Shown here: positions 29,662-39,246 of the stretch, piece after piece
Position numbering within the stretch: position 1 is the first letter of the stretch
How the letters are laid out: each line of letters opens with the position of its first letter
Assembly (NCBI GenBank): GCA_965222375.1
Contig: CBDCTZ010000016.1
Coordinates: forward strand, 832,001-896,000
From: Polyangiaceae bacterium
GTDB taxonomy: Bacteria > Myxococcota_A > Polyangia > Polyangiales > Polyangiaceae
DNA length: 64,000 bases
Direction of reading: 5' to 3'
The notes under the pieces: model-generated
The model's input: only the letters and a program-made list of their open reading frames with translations
The model's database searches: none
Told to the model about the DNA's origin: nothing
Translations under genes and position numbers: made by a program

Positions 29662-30816
29662 AGGAAAGTAGAAAGAAACCTCATGCTGGGACCTCGCGGG
29701 TGACAAGTCCCGCCCGGCCAAGGTGGACCACCAACCGGAAGCGAGTCTTGCGTGGCCGTACGACCGCGAAAGCGGGAAGGAAAGCTGCGAAGCGTAGACA
29801 GCCAGCGTGTGGGCCGTGTGATTGAGCCCCGAAAGAACCTAGATGTGGGTGCCGACGCCGTCGACCCAGAGCGGAAGGCAACATCGCTGCAGAAGAGAGT
29901 AGGGCAGCCAGCCCGAATGGTCCGATGGAATGCAGCGGACCCACCGGGGTCGATGAGCAAGGCACGCGCGCCAAGGTCCCCCAGGAACCTGGGAAATCCC
30001 GTCGTCTCCTTTCGCAAGGAAGGTACTGCCGATCGAAGGAATACGAAGTGACGCAGGACGGGCGGCGAGAAGGCCGAGCGCTCCATAGTAGCCGTCGAAG
30101 CAGGGGAAGTGTCCAAGCGACCCTGTGGAGGGAAGGGAGTGCCACACAACGGAACCGTTAGGAGAGAAAGATGTCGGAGAGACCAAGCTCCACAAGTGTC
30201 TCAACAAGACTCGAACGGATAGCAGAGCTGGCGAAGCAAATGCCCAGGGTAGCGTTAACGTCGCTGTCCCCTCACATCGATATCGAATGGTTGCGCGAAG
30301 CGCATGAGCGCACGCGCAAGGGTGGCGCCCAGGGCGTCGACGGACAGACCGCGGCAGAGTATGCGGAAAACCTGGAGGAAAACCTCCAGTCGCTTGGGTG
30401 GTGAGGCAGAAGACCGCCAAGGACCGCTTGAGCCGTGCGCTAGCGCGCATCAACAAGTGGTGCCAACGCTGCCGACACGACCCAATTCAAGAGCAGTGCG
30501 AGATGCTGAGGAAGAAGTTGAAAGGTCACTTCGACTATTACGGAATCACCGGAAACTCGAAAGCGATTGGACACTTCCGACACTGGGTCATCCGTCTGTG
30601 GCGCAAATGGCTCGACCGCCGCTCTTGGCGATCGCGCATGAACTGGCCGAAGATGAAATGCCTGCTGAAGCGATATCCGCTCCAGCTAGCGCGAATTCGA
30701 CGATCAGCGCGCAAACTAAACGTAGCGAATCCGTAGTGTGAGGAGCCGGATGCGGTAGTCCCGCACGTCCGGATCTGTGGGAGGCCTGGAAGGGAAACCG
30801 ACCAGGCCCACCCGAG
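29622..30816 (+). mobile_element. Group II intron (IIB-like, probably bacterial class E) with an internally deleted RT ORF
   Basis: 5' GTGCG. EBS1 CGACCC (29862-29867) is complementary to IBS1 GGGTCG (29616-29621). Domain V GAGCCGGATGCGG...CGCACGTCCGGATCT at 30743-30776. Domain VI stem GGCCTGG/CCAGGCC with a bulged A. Confidence 0.93.
30171..30736 (+). pseudogene. ltrA: Intron-encoded RT/maturase remnant: N-terminus joined out of frame to the maturase X domain
   Basis: [12 protein letters not shown]...GAQGVDGQT...LEENL joins directly to [12 protein letters not shown]...LKGHFDYYGITGN...WLDRRS. No YADD-containing RT core is present. Confidence 0.92.
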
Positions 30817-30898
30817 CTGGCCTGATTCACGAGATTCGTGAAGCTGTGGCAGGCGACGCGGAGGCATTGGCGTGCGCAGCCCTACACGCCGGCTTGGA

Positions 30899-31138
30899 TC
30901 ACGCTTCCACCGAGCTTTTGCGTGAGCTCGTCGCCGTTGGTGTGTTGAACAGCTCGAGCTGGCCGCAGCCGCGACAGGTCAGGACGGTGACCTGCAGGAA
31001 GAGGTTCGGCAGGTTCTTTCGAGCCATCACGCCCATCAACTGGGGGGGTTGACCGATGTCGATACCGGCGCGCTGAATGCAAAGGAATTCACGCCCGCCG
31101 CAGTAGGGGCAAGCACGTAGCCGTTGGTCGACGCTCAT
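30899..31138 (-). CDS. Small Zn-ribbon protein
   Basis: CPYCGG and CRGCGQLELF pairs; GGAG-type RBS upstream of the ATG. Confidence 0.55.
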   Translation of the reverse strand: MSVDQRLRACPYCGGREFLCIQRAGIDIGQPPQLMGVMARKNLPNLFLQVTVLTCRGCGQLELFNTPTATSSRKSSVEA

Positions 31139-31199
31139 GGTCAGCTCCCTGTCTATTCGCTGGCCCATGGGACGGCAGCGTGACAAGCAAGCACATCGA

Positions 31200-32078
31200 A
31201 GCCACCTGCGGGTGCAAGGGGCCTCGCAGCCGCGACGGCAGGGTCAGGTGGCTCCGAACAGCTTGACCAAGTTTGCGTTGCCATGGGTGCCCAAGCTCAA
31301 GGGGCCCAACCTCGATCCCGTGTCTGGCAACCAACCCGTGACGGATAGTGAGCGCGTGGCCCACGGCAGCTACCGCTTGACGAGCAGCGTGCCGGTGTCG
31401 GTCTACCAATTCAACGCGCTGCAATACAAATCGAATAGCTCGGATCCAGACAAGGATTGGAGTGCCTGTGGGGCCGGCGGCTGCTTTTCCTTTTCGAACG
31501 ATGCCTCGCTGCTGTTGCCCACCACGGTTTTGACCAGAAATGTAAGGGTGATCGGCTATCCCGTTCGCCAAAGTGGTGGACTCATGTCCTACGTGGCGGT
31601 CACCGGGACTGCGGCGGGACCCAGGTCAAGCTGGAGCTGGGCGCGAGGAGTCACGTTGCTCCGGGCGGTGGAGTGCCTGCAGCGGGTCCGGGCCAGGTGG
31701 TCTCTTTTGCGCTCGCGCGTGGGGAAGTCGTGCAGCTGGTTGGCACGCCGGGATCCGACTTCAGCGGTACTCTGATTCAGGCTGACCACCCTATCCAAGT
31801 CATCTCCGGTGTGCCCTGCATCTTCGTGCCGGAAGATGCCCGACGGCGCCAACATCCGAGTTGATGGTAGCCCGGTGGCAGCGACGCCAATTCCGATCAG
31901 TGGCGGTTACTCCGTGGCGCGCGTCCAGCTCGATGGCGCGAAGACAGCGGCCCACACTCTCGAGAGCGATGTGCCCGTGGGGCTGCAGATCCTGGGATAC
32001 GGTCGCTGTACGAGGCACCAGTACCCTGGGGGCCTGAACCTCGGGCTGATTGCACCGCCACCGCCACCCATCAAGTGA
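31200..32078 (+). pseudogene. IgGFc-binding-domain protein remnant
   Basis: LPWVP.LKG, YRLTSSVPVSVYQFN, SFSNDASLLLP, DFSGTLIQADHPIQV and YG...QYPGGLNL lie in three different frames; no N-terminus. Confidence 0.8.
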
Positions 32079-32126
32079 GCCGGTGTCGATGCGGATTCCC
32101 CTAGCTTGTGGCCACGCCTCCCAAAA

Positions 32127-32630
32127 TCAGAGCCCAGCAGGCACTGCCGCGCGGGTTTCGGTTTTGATCAAGCGGCGCTTGATGTCGCCCAAGACGGCCT
32201 TCTTCATGTCGTCGGTGATGGCATCGGACCTTGGGCGGGGCTGCACGACGTAGAGAGCGTAGCGCGCGCTGCTGGCGGGAGGACGACGTTCGTCGGCGCC
32301 CTTGCGCGTGAGCCAAATGCGGAAGCCGACGTCGCCGCGCTCGACATCGATGATGATTCGACGAGCTTCGGGAGGGCTGACGCCGCGCACGGTGAAGCCG
32401 CCATCGAGCTTCGAGCCTCGGACCAGCCCGTCTAGGAGCAAGGTGACGTCAGCGGGGGCGGGACCCTTGTAGGGATTGGGGTAACGTTCGGGTTCTGGAG
32501 CTGCGGGGTGGGAGTCCCGATCCTTCGCGTCGGGCCAGACCATGACGCCGATGGCGAGGGCGACGCCTGTAAGCAAGATGACCGTGCATCCGGCGGAGCG
32601 TCGCGGTTTCGCGCGTGCGGTCACGGCCAT
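32127..32630 (-). CDS. Membrane-anchored hypothetical protein
   Basis: N-terminal TM helix; domain resembles that of 23989..24531. Confidence 0.7.
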   Translation of the reverse strand: MAVTARAKPRRSAGCTVILLTGVALAIGVMVWPDAKDRDSHPAAPEPERYPNPYKGPAPADVTLLLDGLVRGSKLDGGFTVRGVSPPEARRIIIDVERGDVGFRIWLTRKGADERRPPASSARYALYVVQPRPRSDAITDDMKKAVLGDIKRRLIKTETRAAVPAGL

Positions 32631-32815
32631 GCTGTACCACACGCTCCCGGGGCGCCGGCCACCCCCTAGGCCCCCCAGGTATCCGGTTGCGCTGGCCTCA
32701 TCTCGCGCGGGGCGCGTCGGAGCTTAGGCGAGATCAGTAGCCGCTTCTCGCGGGTTCGTGCGGCTTTCCGACAATTAGGAGACTGGACGAGGAGTCCAAG
32801 GACAGGAGTCGACAG

Positions 32816-34714
32816 ATGTCGTCAGGAACACGAATCATGGGTCTTGTTGTTGGAGTGTGCTGCGCCGCATTGGGGGGTTGCGGTAGCGACGACGGTTCGG
32901 AATCTGGGGGACAGGCGGGCGCCGGCGCATTGGGGGGTAGCTCGGGTGCTAGTGGCAGTGGAGCTGGCGGAAACGGCGGCACGGCGGGCATTGCGGGCGC
33001 GGGCGGCGGTGCGGGCGCTTCGGGTGGTGCTGCCGGCTCCGGCGGGGCAGCTGGAAGTGGTGGGGGCAATGGCTCTACAACTTGCTCGATTCCAGCCAAC
33101 CTGCCTGCGTTCATGGATCTGCCCAAAGCTCAGGTTGATACCAGCATTCCGCCTGAAGGGAAGATCATCAACGTTCAGGCGGGGCAGAAGATCCAAAACG
33201 CCGTCGATCAGGCCCAACCCGGCGACACCATCGTGCTGCCCGCTGGAGCGAGCTTCACGGAGCAGGTGGTGCTCAAAGACAAGGGGGCTGGCACGAAGTG
33301 GATTACGATTCGTTCTTCGGCGCTCGACCAGCTCCCCGAGGGCAAACGTGTCACTCCCGCTGATGCCAAACACATGGCCAAGATCGTTGCGCCCAAAGGC
33401 AACGGAACGATTCCGGCCATCAGCTCCTATCGAGCAGTCAAGGCCCAGGACAAGGCGCATCACTATCGCTTCATGGGCATCGAGTTGACTGTCGATCCGG
33501 CTTCCGACTCCTACGGTGGCATCGTGGAGTTGGGGGACGCCATCGACTACTCCCAGAAACCGCCCGTCATGAAACCCGTCTCGCTACGACCTCATCACAT
33601 TGTTTTCGACCGCGTGTATGTGCATGGACTTCCGAACCCGTCGCCGACAACAGGTATGTATGGCACCAAGCGAGGATTCGCCTTCAACGGCAGCCACTAC
33701 GCGTTGATCAACTCGCATGTATCCGACATCAAACGTGTCGGCCAGGATGCGCAAGCGGTGGGGGGCTTTTCGGGCACGGGGCCCTACAAGATCGTCAACA
33801 ACTTCTTGGAAGCGTCCGGCGAGAACGTCATGTTTGGCGGTGTCGTCAATCCGGATGCCAGTCACATCCCAGGCGATATCGAGGTGTGCAACAACCATTT
33901 TTACAAGCCGCCCGCTTGGAAGTTCCAGGACGGCAATGTCTGGTGCGTGAAGAACCTCTTCGAGCTCAAGCACGGCTTGCGGGTCGTCGTGACGGGCAAT
34001 GTCTTCGAAGGCAACTGGACCAAGTGCCAATCGGGCTACGCGATTCTGATCAAGTCGAGCGCCCAGGGAGCCAACCCGACCCAGACCTTCCAGAAGACCG
34101 AAGATTTACTCTTTGCTTACAACATCATCACCGAGACCGAGCACGCCTTCAACATCAGCGGTGGAGGTAGCAACAACATCAAGACGGGCCCCACGTCGGA
34201 TGTCTATGTGGCTCACAACATTTTCGACAAGCTCGGGCCAGACAGTCAGTACGGCGGGCAAGGGCGCGGATTCCAAGTCGGAAAGGCTCCGGTCAACCTG
34301 GTCATCGAGCACAACACGATGCTGAATCACTATACGTACTTGGGCTTCAGTCCTGACCCTGGTTGGGGCCCGGTGGTGAACTTTCAGTTTCTCAACAACA
34401 TCGTTGGCTATGGCACGCCGGGCTACGGCATCCATGGCACCAGCGGCAGCAATGATGAAGCCCAGTTTGCGGCAGGCAGCGACGCCGCGTCCAAGATGGA
34501 GGGAAACGTGATCGCGCTGGGGCCCGGCAAGCAATACCCGTCCAGTAACAACACTGCGGTCAGTGGTGACTTCAAGAGCCTGGGTTTTTCGGATCTCTCC
34601 TCTCAGAACTACAAGCTCAGCGCGTCGAGCCCTCACGCCAAGGCGGGCGTCGGCGGAGTCGCTCCCGGCGCGGACTACGATGCCGTCATGAAAGCGACCG
34701 CGGGCGTCAAGTGA
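32816..34714 (+). CDS. Lipoprotein with right-handed parallel beta-helix (pectin lyase-like) domain
   Basis: Lipobox LGGC, Gly linker, IQNAVDQAQPGDTIVL, Asn-ladder repeats (IVNNFL, VTGNVF, IEHNT). Confidence 0.85.
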   Translation: MSSGTRIMGLVVGVCCAALGGCGSDDGSESGGQAGAGALGGSSGASGSGAGGNGGTAGIAGAGGGAGASGGAAGSGGAAGSGGGNGSTTCSIPANLPAFMDLPKAQVDTSIPPEGKIINVQAGQKIQNAVDQAQPGDTIVLPAGASFTEQVVLKDKGAGTKWITIRSSALDQLPEGKRVTPADAKHMAKIVAPKGNGTIPAISSYRAVKAQDKAHHYRFMGIELTVDPASDSYGGIVELGDAIDYSQKPPVMKPVSLRPHHIVFDRVYVHGLPNPSPTTGMYGTKRGFAFNGSHYALINSHVSDIKRVGQDAQAVGGFSGTGPYKIVNNFLEASGENVMFGGVVNPDASHIPGDIEVCNNHFYKPPAWKFQDGNVWCVKNLFELKHGLRVVVTGNVFEGNWTKCQSGYAILIKSSAQGANPTQTFQKTEDLLFAYNIITETEHAFNISGGGSNNIKTGPTSDVYVAHNIFDKLGPDSQYGGQGRGFQVGKAPVNLVIEHNTMLNHYTYLGFSPDPGWGPVVNFQFLNNIVGYGTPGYGIHGTSGSNDEAQFAAGSDAASKMEGNVIALGPGKQYPSSNNTAVSGDFKSLGFSDLSSQNYKLSASSPHAKAGVGGVAPGADYDAVMKATAGVK

Positions 34715-34925
34715 CCCTCCGAGGGGCTTGGGCCATAAGGCGGCGTGATGGAAAGCAACCGCGAGCGTCAAGTGACCCTCCGAGGGGCTTGGGCCATAAG
34801 GCGGCGTGATGGAAAGCAACCGCGAGCGTCAAGTGGCCCCGGGGGGCTTGGGCCGCAAGGCGGCGTGTTCCGGCTTTGGGCGGCTCAGTGGCGTGATGAA
34901 AGCGAGCGCGGGCGTCAGGTGACTG
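34684..34925. repeat. About 61-bp tandem repeat (3-4 copies) that includes the last codons and stop of the upstream gene
   Basis: GCGTCAAGTGACCCTCCGAGGGGCTTGGGCCATAAGGCGGCGTGATGGAAAGCAACCGCGA is repeated, with later copies degenerate. Confidence 0.9.
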
Positions 34926-34936
34926 GCTTGGGCGGC

Positions 34937-36571
34937 TCACGGGCAACGGTAGAGCGTGGCGTCGGTGTCGCGGGCCTCTAGGGTGCACGCTGGTAGCTCG
35001 AGCTGGGTCGGGCCGCGGACGAGCACGTAGCTGTGGCCCAAGCTGGCATGCAACTTGGGAAAGCGTTTGGGGAACTCGTCTGCGTCGAGGCCGTACATGG
35101 CGCGGCGCGGCTCTTCGCGGCTTTCGACGCATAGGCGCGCGGGGCAATCGCGGCGCGAGTCCGGGCCTGGGAATCTGTGGATGAGGCGATAGCTTGGTTC
35201 CGCGATCGACCAACTGGGTACGACCACTACGGGCGCGCGAGGATCTGCGTGCAGGCTGGTCAGGGTGTCGCGGAGGGGCGGACCGCGTCCGATCTCCGAC
35301 GCTGCGCAGGTCTGGCGCAGGTAGCAGGGCAACAGCGCGACATGGCTGAAAAACAGCGCCACGCCCCCCACCGCAGCCATCCCCTCCGCGACCCGAGCCC
35401 GCACCCGGGTTGATTCAGCACCTGCCCTCACCCGGGTTGATGAGACCGGCCAGCCAGCCGGGGATCTGGCGCCACTGGGTCGCACCCGGGTTGATGCAGC
35501 AGAGCAAGCCACGACCAGCAGCGGAAACACCGGTAGGGCATATCGGGCGCGCATCGCCGTGATGAGGCCACCCAGGGCAAGCAGAGCGAAGCCGAGCAGT
35601 GCAGCCGCGCCGGCTCGGCGCGCCGCGAGGATGGCCAGGCTGGCGTTTCGGTCGTTCGTGGTCTCGCTAGCCCATGCGGAAAGCGCGATCAGGAGCGCAA
35701 GGACACCCAGAACGGCTCCGCCTGCCCCGCCAAACAGCTCCAAGCCTTGCTTCAGAGGGAGCCACATGCCGTCGGGGTCGCGGGGGGGCCCTCCGACGCC
35801 CAGGGAAAACGTGGATAGGGCAAAGGGGACGAAGCACGCGCTGACGGCCAGCATGCCGCCAAGAGACGTCAGCACGGCAGCTCGTGCGTTGCGGGGTGAG
35901 CTTCGAGCGAGCAGCACCACGAGGGCCTCGGCGGCAATGGGCCCGAGGGTGATGTACTCGGTGAACAAGGCTGTCGTGCCCGCGATGGTGTAGGCGAGCC
36001 ATGCCCGTTCGGTTCGGTAGCGAAGCGCCCGGGTCAGGAGCACATGGGTCGCCATGAGCAGCGCCGCCGCGAGGGAGTAGCCCCGGGCCATTTGCGAGGC
36101 GTGCAGCATTGCGGGTGCAATCGCGACGAACAGCGCTGCTGTTGCCGCGGTGATGCGGCCACGCTCGCGAAGTGCGGCAAATGTCAATGCGACGACGACG
36201 AGCCCGGCGACGACGCTGACGCTGCGGGCATCGGCCAAGATGGCCCTCAGGCCAAACGCGACGCTCATGAGCCAAGGTGGCAGTGGGGGGTGCAGGCGTG
36301 CGTCGTGCTCTCGGGCCCAGCCATCGAGATCCGTCCAGCCGAAGCTTGCGGGTTCGTCGTTGTCGATGACCCGGGACTCCAGGTTCCAGAGTCGCAGCGC
36401 GAGCGCCGCGAATACGGCGAGCAAGAGCAAGCTGACGTCCTGGATCTGCCAGCGGTTAGGCTCGTGCGCGGGGCTGAAGATGCGTGGGACCTTGCGGCTC
36501 AGCCGGGCACGCAAGATCGCCAGCAGGATGGCTCCCGCGACTCCGACTCCCAGGGTCTCCCAGGGAAACAC
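34937..36571 (-). CDS. GT-C glycosyltransferase (GT39/PMT-like)
   Basis: ALRLWNL...DNDE, HPPL, ARGYSL motifs; many TM helices. Confidence 0.8.
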   Translation of the reverse strand: MFPWETLGVGVAGAILLAILRARLSRKVPRIFSPAHEPNRWQIQDVSLLLLAVFAALALRLWNLESRVIDNDEPASFGWTDLDGWAREHDARLHPPLPPWLMSVAFGLRAILADARSVSVVAGLVVVALTFAALRERGRITAATAALFVAIAPAMLHASQMARGYSLAAALLMATHVLLTRALRYRTERAWLAYTIAGTTALFTEYITLGPIAAEALVVLLARSSPRNARAAVLTSLGGMLAVSACFVPFALSTFSLGVGGPPRDPDGMWLPLKQGLELFGGAGGAVLGVLALLIALSAWASETTNDRNASLAILAARRAGAAALLGFALLALGGLITAMRARYALPVFPLLVVACSAASTRVRPSGARSPAGWPVSSTRVRAGAESTRVRARVAEGMAAVGGVALFFSHVALLPCYLRQTCAASEIGRGPPLRDTLTSLHADPRAPVVVVPSWSIAEPSYRLIHRFPGPDSRRDCPARLCVESREEPRRAMYGLDADEFPKRFPKLHASLGHSYVLVRGPTQLELPACTLEARDTDATLYRCP

Positions 36572-36580
36572 CGGAGCGGC

Positions 36581-38185
36581 TCAGTGCACGGCTTTGCGCA
36601 GGCGCTCGGCGTTGGTGATCAAGTCTCGCAGCGCGGCATCTTGGCGGCGAGCGGCGTCTTCGATGCGTTGAGAGGCGCCCAGGGCCTGCTCGATGCTGCG
36701 TGTTTGCTGACGATGGGACGCATTGAGCTGATTGACCATGTGGCTGATGCTCTCGATGGCCTGAGTGATCTGGCGCCCACCTCGGGCCTGTTCCTGGCTA
36801 GAGCGCTCCACTTGTTGGCTGATGGCGCGCATCTTCTCGCTGCTCTTCATGATCAGCTCGCTGCCTCGGGCCTGCTCGGCCGTGGCTGCGGCGATCTGCT
36901 GTACCGTTTCCGCGATACGACCGATGGCGTCCGTGACCTGTTTGCTTCCCTTTGCCTGCTCGACGGTTGCGCGAGCGATGGCGCGCACCATGTTGGTGCT
37001 CTTCTGAGAGCTCTCGAGGATCTTCTTCAGGGCGCGTTCGGCCTCGTTGGAGACCTCCACGCCGCGGTCGACGTTCTGCGCGCCACGTTCCACCGCTTGG
37101 ATGGCGTTGCGGCTTTCCGCCTGAATCGTCTTGATTAGATCGGCAATCTCTTTGGTACTGGCTCCGGCGCGCTCCGCCAGATCTTTGATCTCGTCGGCCA
37201 CGACCGCGAAACCCTTGCCATGCTCGCCCGCCTGGGCCGCGATGATGGCAGCGTTGAGCGCGAGCAGGTTGGTTTGCTCGGCTACTTCGTCGATCACGTT
37301 CAAAATCTGGCCGATGGCGTCGATGCGTGAGCCCAGGTTCGAGATGACCGCAACGGCCTCCTGGCTGCTCTCCTTGATCCGGTAGATCTCGCCGATCGTC
37401 TTCAAGATCGATTCAGCGCCGCGCTCGGCGTCTTGCGCGACCTCCTCGGATAGGCGCGCGGTCTCGTTGGCGTTCGATTGCACCTGGTCAATCGACACGT
37501 CCATCTCGTTCATGCTGGAGCTGGTTTCTTCTGCAGTCAGAGAGAGCGCGTCGACGTTCTTCGCGACCTCCTTGATCGAGAAGGCCATCTCTTCGATCGA
37601 CGCCACGGACTCCCGCACGCTCGATGCCAGCTCCACGATGTTCTCGGCGACCTCGTCGTTGGTCGCCGTCATCTCGAGTATCGACGAGCTGGACTCCTCC
37701 GCGCTCGCCGCAAGCACTTCTACGTGCTGGGCGATTTCGCGCAGGGAGTTGGTCATGGCCTTGACCGTGCGGGTCGCTTCCTCGCTGGACTCGAGCTGGG
37801 CTGCGATGCCGTCCGTCAGGCCGCGCAGGCTCTCGTTCACCGACTTGTTGGCGTCGTCCACCGCCCCGGAGCGATGCTCGTCCCGCTCAGAGAGCTCGTT
37901 GAGCGCTGAAAGGACTTCCTCCAGCTCTTTGTAGACTTGCTTGGTGTCTTCGCTCGCGTCCGCAGGGGCCTCCGGCTGCTTGCCGTCGAGCAAACGCCGC
38001 ACGGTGTTGATCAGGTGTTCCTGGCTCTCGGGGCCCGCCGCGCCGCTGAGCAGCACTGCCAGCACGCCCGCTGCCGCCATCAGCCCGACCGCGATGGGGT
38101 CGGCCTTCATCCCCGCAATCACGATCACCGCCAGGATGACGATTCCGATCAGGGCGATAACTTGGCGCTGACTGAGGCGATTCAT
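36581..38185 (-). CDS. Methyl-accepting chemotaxis protein without a periplasmic sensor domain
   Basis: [42 protein letters not shown] hairpin; two closely spaced N-terminal TM helices. Confidence 0.95.
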   Translation of the reverse strand: MNRLSQRQVIALIGIVILAVIVIAGMKADPIAVGLMAAAGVLAVLLSGAAGPESQEHLINTVRRLLDGKQPEAPADASEDTKQVYKELEEVLSALNELSERDEHRSGAVDDANKSVNESLRGLTDGIAAQLESSEEATRTVKAMTNSLREIAQHVEVLAASAEESSSSILEMTATNDEVAENIVELASSVRESVASIEEMAFSIKEVAKNVDALSLTAEETSSSMNEMDVSIDQVQSNANETARLSEEVAQDAERGAESILKTIGEIYRIKESSQEAVAVISNLGSRIDAIGQILNVIDEVAEQTNLLALNAAIIAAQAGEHGKGFAVVADEIKDLAERAGASTKEIADLIKTIQAESRNAIQAVERGAQNVDRGVEVSNEAERALKKILESSQKSTNMVRAIARATVEQAKGSKQVTDAIGRIAETVQQIAAATAEQARGSELIMKSSEKMRAISQQVERSSQEQARGGRQITQAIESISHMVNQLNASHRQQTRSIEQALGASQRIEDAARRQDAALRDLITNAERLRKAVH

Positions 38186-38289
38186 GAAGCCACGGGCTCG
38201 GCGCCAGAACCCCCGGGCCCCGAGCCCGCTGAGGTTACTTTTCCCGTTGGCCTGGGAACAAGCCCATTGTCGCCTCTAGGGGCTGAATA

Positions 38290-39156
38290 TCAGCGCGAAT
38301 TTCGGCGCTGGGCCTTGGCCGGCAGGCAGCGCTTTCGCGCGCAGGGTCCGGGCCCCGGAGGGGTTTTTAGGCCCGGATTGGTCGGTTTGGCGTGGGGGCG
38401 ACCTGGCCGCGGGGTGGTCGAGACCTTGGGAAAGCTCGGCTTGCCAGGGCGCGACTTGCCCGTGGGCGCCTTGGGGCGATGGAGTCGGCCTGGGCTGGCA
38501 GACGATGTCGGGATGCTGCCCAGGGCACTGCGACCGGGGCGAACCGAGCCAGTTGCCGAGGCGGGTCGAGCCACGGGCTTGGCGCGGGATGGGGTCGCCG
38601 CTGCGGGCCGACCGGGGCGGGGGCTGTGGGCACTTCCACCTGGAAATCGCGGCGTACGCGGAGACGTGGTCGCGACGTTGCCCGACGGCCTGCGCGGCGA
38701 GCGCGGCGCTGTCGATGCGACGTTGGGTCGGCGCGGCGAGGTGACCGCACCCGGCGCTGTCGATGCGACGTTGGGTCGGCGCGGCGAGGTGGCCGCACCC
38801 GGGTTGCTTGGGGTGCGGGGTGCGGTGCCGCTCCCGGGGTTGTGCGGAGTGCGTGGCGGAGTCGCGTTGGCGGGTTGCGTTGTCGCAACGCCGACGCCCT
38901 GCGCGGGTCGCCCCACTCCCCCACCCGGGTTGGTGGTCCCACCCGGGTTGGTGTTTATCGTTGGATTTGCCGCGGTGTGGCTGCCCGTGGAAGGCGACGA
39001 GGGATGATGCGCGGTGGGCGAGGCGCCAGTTCGGCCCGAGGCGTGCCAGCCTACGTTCGCACCCGCGTGGTAGTTCGTCGTGTGGTCACCGACGGATTGC
39101 ATCGTCATCGTGCAACCCGTCATCAAGGGGAGAATCGCGAGTAGAGAGAGGCGCAT
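38290..39156 (-). CDS. Pro/Arg/Thr-rich low-complexity lipoprotein
   Basis: MRLSLLAILPLMTGC lipobox; internal 48-bp duplication at about 38704-38801. Confidence 0.6.
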   Translation of the reverse strand: MRLSLLAILPLMTGCTMTMQSVGDHTTNYHAGANVGWHASGRTGASPTAHHPSSPSTGSHTAANPTINTNPGGTTNPGGGVGRPAQGVGVATTQPANATPPRTPHNPGSGTAPRTPSNPGAATSPRRPNVASTAPGAVTSPRRPNVASTAPRSPRRPSGNVATTSPRTPRFPGGSAHSPRPGRPAAATPSRAKPVARPASATGSVRPGRSALGSIPTSSASPGRLHRPKAPTGKSRPGKPSFPKVSTTPRPGRPHAKPTNPGLKTPPGPGPCARKRCLPAKAQRRNSR

Positions 39157-39246
39157 GTCATTTCATTATCCGGGGCCCGCGGGTAGTTCCTTCCCCTTGG
39201 GCCATGCGCCGCGAGCGTAACTCGTGGATTTGATTGGTCTTTGTGA

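Noticed and set aside
30171..30736. RT fragments as a retron, DGR or programmed-frameshift RT
   Set aside because: They are flanked by group II intron domains and the catalytic RT core is missing entirely. No template/variable repeat pair was seen.
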